DNA of 64,000 nt from Caecitellus pseudoparvulus (lineage: Eukaryota > Protista > Bigyra: Bicosoecida). A program made the translations under genes and the position numbers. The stretch lies in the NCBI GenBank assembly GCA_965644315.1, contig CBFFRQ010000056.1:310001-374000 (forward strand), written 5' to 3'. Every line of letters starts with the position of its first letter. Position 1 is the stretch's first letter. A model generated the notes under the pieces. That model searched no databases. It was not told the DNA's origin and worked only from the letters and a program-made list of their open reading frames with translations. Of the stretch, positions 60,001 through 64,000 are shown piece after piece.

Positions 60001-60398
60001 TGCTGAACACTGATGTGGCAGGTGAAGAACCGGACGTGTCCATGATGGTCAAGTGCAAGCCCTTGGACGGGTCATCTGCATCTTGCAGCACTGCCTCTCC
60101 TGACGCGACCGTTGCAGTGGCTGCGGGGACAAGGTGAGCGTTGAAGATGAGCAACGCAGCAGCTCCTCAGAAACCCCACCGTAAATGGAGCGCGGCCACG
60201 CACGGGTGTACTCTTCACTGAATTCATCAGCGGTGATTCGATGAAGCAGTGCGCTTTTCCCTGCGGAAGCAATGGAGTACCAGCAACAATGCGGAAGTGG
60301 GGTGCCAGCACCCAAGCTGCTCTGCAAACACCGGCAAAGTGCACGAGACTCGCACCTGTGCAGGGGCATCCAAATAGCCAAAGCGTAGCTTGCTTCAT
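57036..60398 (-). CDS. Ras-superfamily (Rho/Rnd-like) GTPase domain fused to a long disordered tail with three repeated ~55-aa domains; exons 60398-60356, 60260-60204, 60120-59924, 59852-57036
   Basis: Spliced motifs: G1 GCPCTGKS, G2 EEYTPT, G3 MDTSGS, G4 LLGSRAD, G5 ISAK. Three introns restore frame (1038 codons). Confidence 0.8.
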
Positions 60399-60521
60399 GT
60401 TCCAAATGCGCTGTGCTACCAGGGCGCGGCAGGCGCCCTGAAGAGGGGGAGGGGTAAGCAGTTAGGGGCTGCGGAATTTGCTTGTGCAGCGACCCTTCAG
60501 CTTGCTCTTGGGAGCCCGGGC

Positions 60522-60537
60522 GGGGGGGGGGGGGGGG
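60522..60537 (+). repeat. G16 homopolymer in a divergent promoter
   Basis: 16 consecutive G between the GTPase and LYR gene starts. Confidence 0.85.
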
Positions 60538-60659
60538 ACTGAGCAGGAGCACTCGTGCAGAGCAGTCAAACATGAGATGCTACAAAGGTGAGCAGCTGGA
60601 TTTTACCCTTCAGCGTGAGGGTGGAATAGAGGCGGCAGATTTGGGCGACGATCGTGAGC

Positions 60660-61292
60660 ATGTCGGGAGGGCGCTTCGCACGGGCTTGCAGCAGCTGGGC
60701 GCAGAACATCCATGGGGGGACCAGCGTGGTGGGCAAGCAGCTCCAGGGCCCCAACCGTGAGGCGCTCTCGCTGTATCGAGAAATTCTCAGAACATGCAGA
60801 GGCTTTTACTGGCAGGACAGAGACGGCGGAAATTGGTGCGTGGCACGCTTCGGGAGACAGCTTTTGCTGACTGAGCAGGCAGGAAGATGCGCATGTACTC
60901 CCCCTACCTGTTAGCAGGGGTCACAAGCTAGCGGCTTCTGCAAGGCAAGAGTTTGAGGCCTGCAGACATGAGAAGGTGCGCTGCGGCGAGGCAACGCTGC
61001 GAAGCAAATCTCGCATATTGCCTGCCTTGTGCACAGGACCCCCTCCTCGTGGCACGCATGTTGGTTGTTGGTAGACAAGCCCTCATGGAAGTACAGAACA
61101 AGGTGTGTTGCCTGTGCCAGTGATCCCCAAGCCCACTTGCGTGGCAGACCACTGCCCGTCCAAAAAGCGCAGGTGGCTGAAGCTGATGCGGCGTTCAAGA
61201 GCAACGTAGCGAACACAAGAACTGATACGGGGTCTGTGGGTGTTGACGCAGTGCTGCAAGGCCCGGCCTCGAGACGCACTGGCTCGCGGTGA
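60660..61292 (+). CDS. Complex I LYR-family protein (mitochondrial); exons 60660-60835, 60918-60975, 61037-61102, 61173-61292
   Basis: REALSLYREILRTCRGFYWQDRDGGNW|GHKLAASARQEFEACRHEK|DPLLVARMLVVGRQAL. Three GT-AG introns, 140 codons in frame. Confidence 0.85.
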
Positions 61293-61298
61293 ACGCAG

Positions 61299-61970
61299 TC
61301 ACCCTGGCTCCCCTCCAGCTGCGCTGCCATCGCTCGCCCCGTCCACCACGGCAGCCTCGTGCAGCGCCACCCGGTGCGCTTTGTCGTGTATCGCCGCAGC
61401 CACCTCGGGCATTATTGTCAAGGGGTCTTTGCCAGTCGTATTTGCGACGAATGCCGTGGCCGAGGCAACCAACATGTCACAAGTCTCGTCGCTCATGTGC
61501 ACCATGGACCCGACAGGAAGCACCAAGCCAGTTTCGTGCTCATCTTCAGCAGTGAGATCCCCTGTAACGGCGGAAACTTGCCCCTTTTCCAGTGCTAGCA
61601 GCCAGTACATCGCCTGATGCCTTGTGCTGTGAGCTGCTGAAGCCGAGCTAGGGGTCTTTCCCCACAAGCGCACTAAAGAACGCAAGGCAGCCTCACAAAA
61701 GGCCCCATGGTCTTTAGCAATGTATCGTATAGGCCCAGACTTTCCTGCGCCTACCTTTGCGCCCGCGCATTCACTGACAAGGGCGGGGAAAGTTGATGCC
61801 ACAGTGTGAAACGAGTGTGAAACTCCAGCTATACCATCAGCGCTGCTTCCTGCCGCTTTGAGCGAGTCGGCACAGGCGGCAGCTTCAATGAACAGGCCTG
61901 AGAAAAAGTCTCCGTGAGGAATGGCGCACTGGGTGCCGATCCCGTGAGCACTAGATTCCAGAGGCTGCAT
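61299..61970 (-). CDS. Hypothetical protein (223 aa)
   Basis: ATG-initiated ORF with globular-like composition filling the gap tail-to-tail with the LYR gene. No recognised motif. Confidence 0.5.
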   Translation of the reverse strand: MQPLESSAHGIGTQCAIPHGDFFSGLFIEAAACADSLKAAGSSADGIAGVSHSFHTVASTFPALVSECAGAKVGAGKSGPIRYIAKDHGAFCEAALRSLVRLWGKTPSSASAAHSTRHQAMYWLLALEKGQVSAVTGDLTAEDEHETGLVLPVGSMVHMSDETCDMLVASATAFVANTTGKDPLTIMPEVAAAIHDKAHRVALHEAAVVDGASDGSAAGGEPG

Positions 61971-62536
61971 GCTCCCTCAGAACGAGCTGGCTTGCGGCAC
62001 TGTGCAGACTGGCCTCCCCTGACACGGCACCCCCGAGTGATGCCCCTTCACAAAGACTAGGCCCTCCTTTCACTGGCGGGTGCACAGAGCGGGAAAATGT
62101 ATACAAGTCGTGTGTTTGAGCCACATCGAGGGCGCAATGGGCGGGTGCGGTTGAGGCTGCCGCCGGACTACCGCACCAAATTTACCAGGACTCCACAGAA
62201 GCGGCGGTCTCAGAACTTCTGTTCTCGCCTACATTCAAACGATTGAGGCAGCAGGGGATGCTGGCCCGCGGCGCGCCCATAAGACGGGGCCTACCGGCAC
62301 ACCTTGGTTCGCACTGAATCTAGGGCAGGCAGGCCATTCATGGAAAAGGCCTCCACGCAACCGGCACAAAGCACTGATACATGGAGCGAGAAAACCTAGG
62401 AAATCATTGCCAACCAGTGCCCGGCACGCTCTGGCACAGTGAAGCACACTGCACAAACTCTGAAACGCGAAACGCAGCGATGCTTAGGCTATGCGACCAA
62501 AGCAGACGCTCACATCCAGCCTCTGCCAGCAGGTTC

Positions 62537-63580
62537 ATGCGGCTAGAGTTCTTTCTTTTAATCCTTTTCAGCTTGCTTTTCCACCCTTGCGAGGCTTGGA
62601 ACGCCAGCTCCTTGCGGGACAGCTTGCCCATGTCCGTCGGCGCGGCGCAGACGCACAACACCTTCCAAGTCCAGAAACAAAGCGAAAACGCAAGCCCAGG
62701 GGTAGATGAGTACTCAGGGAAGCTGTGGCAGCACTATACAAGTGGAGGGGTTCCACCCTCGTGGGCTGTTGCCTTGTACTTCCACGTCGATGCCATACTG
62801 CTGAGTGACGACTTGCTTATCTCGCTGGCTGACCAAGAGGCTCTCATGTTTGGCACCATGAACGGCATGAAGTTCCCTCCAGCATGCAGCGCATACGTCA
62901 GTCTGTTTGACAAAGAAAGCAAGTCTGCAGTACAAGTGGTGCCGTCTCTCCCTGCATTCTCTGCCTGGCAGCAGCTGGATGCGGCTGCTTTGAGTCACTC
63001 TGCTGCCCTGCTGGACCCCGCCAGGCGGCGAAGGAACGCAAAGCTTGAAGTGCTGTTAATCTTTGAGGAAGAGCGAGATGCTAGCACGTACCTGCAGCAT
63101 GTGAAGGCTGCCCATCCGGAAATGCCTCACTTCACGCACGAGCTACGCAGCCAATGGCGAGAGTTCCTGGTGTCAGCCAGGGTGCTGAGCAGAGAGGAGC
63201 CCAGAAAGCTTCAAGTTATCTTGCAGCACACATGCCAACCTCAGATCTGCGTCAACGTGACAAGTGCCGAGTTCATGTGGGAGCCCCCCCCCGGTCAAGT
63301 TCCTTTTCGGCTGCACAAGCCCTGCTGCGACGCATGGACGACACACTTGATATGGATCTGTGGCTCCGTCCCCGTGGGGCTCCTTGCAGCATACTTGGCC
63401 TCCGCCTTCACAAAGGACGGGATCGGTGCGAGTCAGGTGTCTTCTCAGAGGATGCAAACGGCTGGTGTCGTGCCCCTGCCTCCATTCTTGCAGCATCAGG
63501 CCCACTTGCAACTTGAGCCTCAACAGCAGATGGCACGCGACCGGCGACCAGGAGCACGAAGGGCAGTCCAGGGCCGCTAA
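62537..63580 (+). CDS. Hypothetical type I membrane protein (signal peptide + one C-terminal TM)
   Basis: Signal-like N-terminus MRLEFFLLILFSLLFHPCEA. Hydrophobic segment LIWICGSVPVGLLAAYLASAF near the C-terminus. Confidence 0.65.
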   Translation: MRLEFFLLILFSLLFHPCEAWNASSLRDSLPMSVGAAQTHNTFQVQKQSENASPGVDEYSGKLWQHYTSGGVPPSWAVALYFHVDAILLSDDLLISLADQEALMFGTMNGMKFPPACSAYVSLFDKESKSAVQVVPSLPAFSAWQQLDAAALSHSAALLDPARRRRNAKLEVLLIFEEERDASTYLQHVKAAHPEMPHFTHELRSQWREFLVSARVLSREEPRKLQVILQHTCQPQICVNVTSAEFMWEPPPGQVPFRLHKPCCDAWTTHLIWICGSVPVGLLAAYLASAFTKDGIGASQVSSQRMQTAGVVPLPPFLQHQAHLQLEPQQQMARDRRPGARRAVQGR

Positions 63581-63831
63581 CGCCAAAAGGGGGGTGTGCC
63601 ACACTGCCCTTGACCAGGCAAGTGTGGAGCACCACGTGTTGAAGCTTGCAAAACTCTTCTATCCGCTGTTGATCGACGCCAACCCGACGGGCTCTGGGGG
63701 TCATTCAAGCCAACCCCCCACTCAGTCGCCCCCTTCGCACACAACACAGCCAGGAGGTAGAAGAATGCATCAGCTCGTGCACCTGGGCGAGCTGCGCGTT
63801 CCCGACCCCTTCCCACTCTGCTCTTGGCTCT

Positions 63832-64000
63832 ATGGCAGCAACAACTCAGGCAGATGCTGCCAGCCTCGTGGCAGGCATAGCCCAGGGTGACGCCAGCGAA
63901 GGAGCCTACCATGAAAAGTATGTGAAGATTGGCAAGCTGGGAGAAGGAACGTACGGGGTTGTGTACAAGGCGCATGACCGGACCACTGATGAATACGTGG
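63832..64000 (+). CDS. Cyclin-dependent kinase (CDK1/2/5-like), 5' part only
   Basis: Not in the ORF track. ATG 63832 gives MAATTQ...HEKYVKIGKLGEGTYGVVYKAHDRTTDEYV, containing the CDK glycine loop GEGTYG. Confidence 0.92.
   Translation, partial: MAATTQADAASLVAGIAQGDASEGAYHEKYVKIGKLGEGTYGVVYKAHDRTTDEYV

Noticed and set aside
62330-62352. GCCTTTTCC (- strand) as U5 snRNA loop I
   Set aside because: It deviates from the invariant GCCTTTTAC and lacks the U5 stem context.
63911-63925. ATGAAAAGTATGTGA as a frameshifted CDK start (pseudogene)
   Set aside because: This ATG is out of frame. The kinase frame is open from ATG 63832.
78-63975. Hundreds of short or antisense ORFs in the ORF track
   Set aside because: They are shadow frames of real GC-rich genes with no independent motifs.
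1-64000. Prokaryotic origin, CRISPR arrays, transposons or endogenous virophage/viral inserts
   Set aside because: Spliceosomal introns and eukaryote-specific genes occur throughout. No repeat-spacer arrays, terminal repeats, transposase/integrase/capsid motifs or AT-rich islands were seen.

Overview
Gene-dense, GC-rich (about 60% by eye) eukaryotic nuclear DNA in the standard genetic code. It most resembles a heterotrophic protist, possibly a stramenopile; this is inference, not verified. I reconstructed about 22 protein-coding genes with 25 short (61-139 nt) canonical GT-AG introns, mostly near 5' ends, so many ORF-track starts are wrong. Recognisable genes: ARP4, a DEP-PH protein, a Nudix hydrolase, an FAD monooxygenase, ELP2, PCYT2, L-threonine aldolase, MMAB, STK19, SDHAF1, a second LYR protein, a membrane hybrid histidine kinase, a GRIP golgin, a class I cyclic-nucleotide phosphodiesterase and the start of a CDK. 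There are two giant genes: a 3294-aa LRR-CHAT(caspase-like)-STAND NTPase protein, which has the parts of an NLR-type immune/cell-death receptor in permuted order, and a ~4336-aa ankyrin/IQ protein. Other notable items are an Rnd-like GTPase fused to three repeated domains and a TxPxPFxL motif, a recurrent CAATTTCCGC motif near gene starts, near-zero or overlapping convergent gene ends, and a 1.25 kb structured intergenic region that may hold an ncRNA. No tRNA, rRNA, CRISPR array or transposon could be supported.
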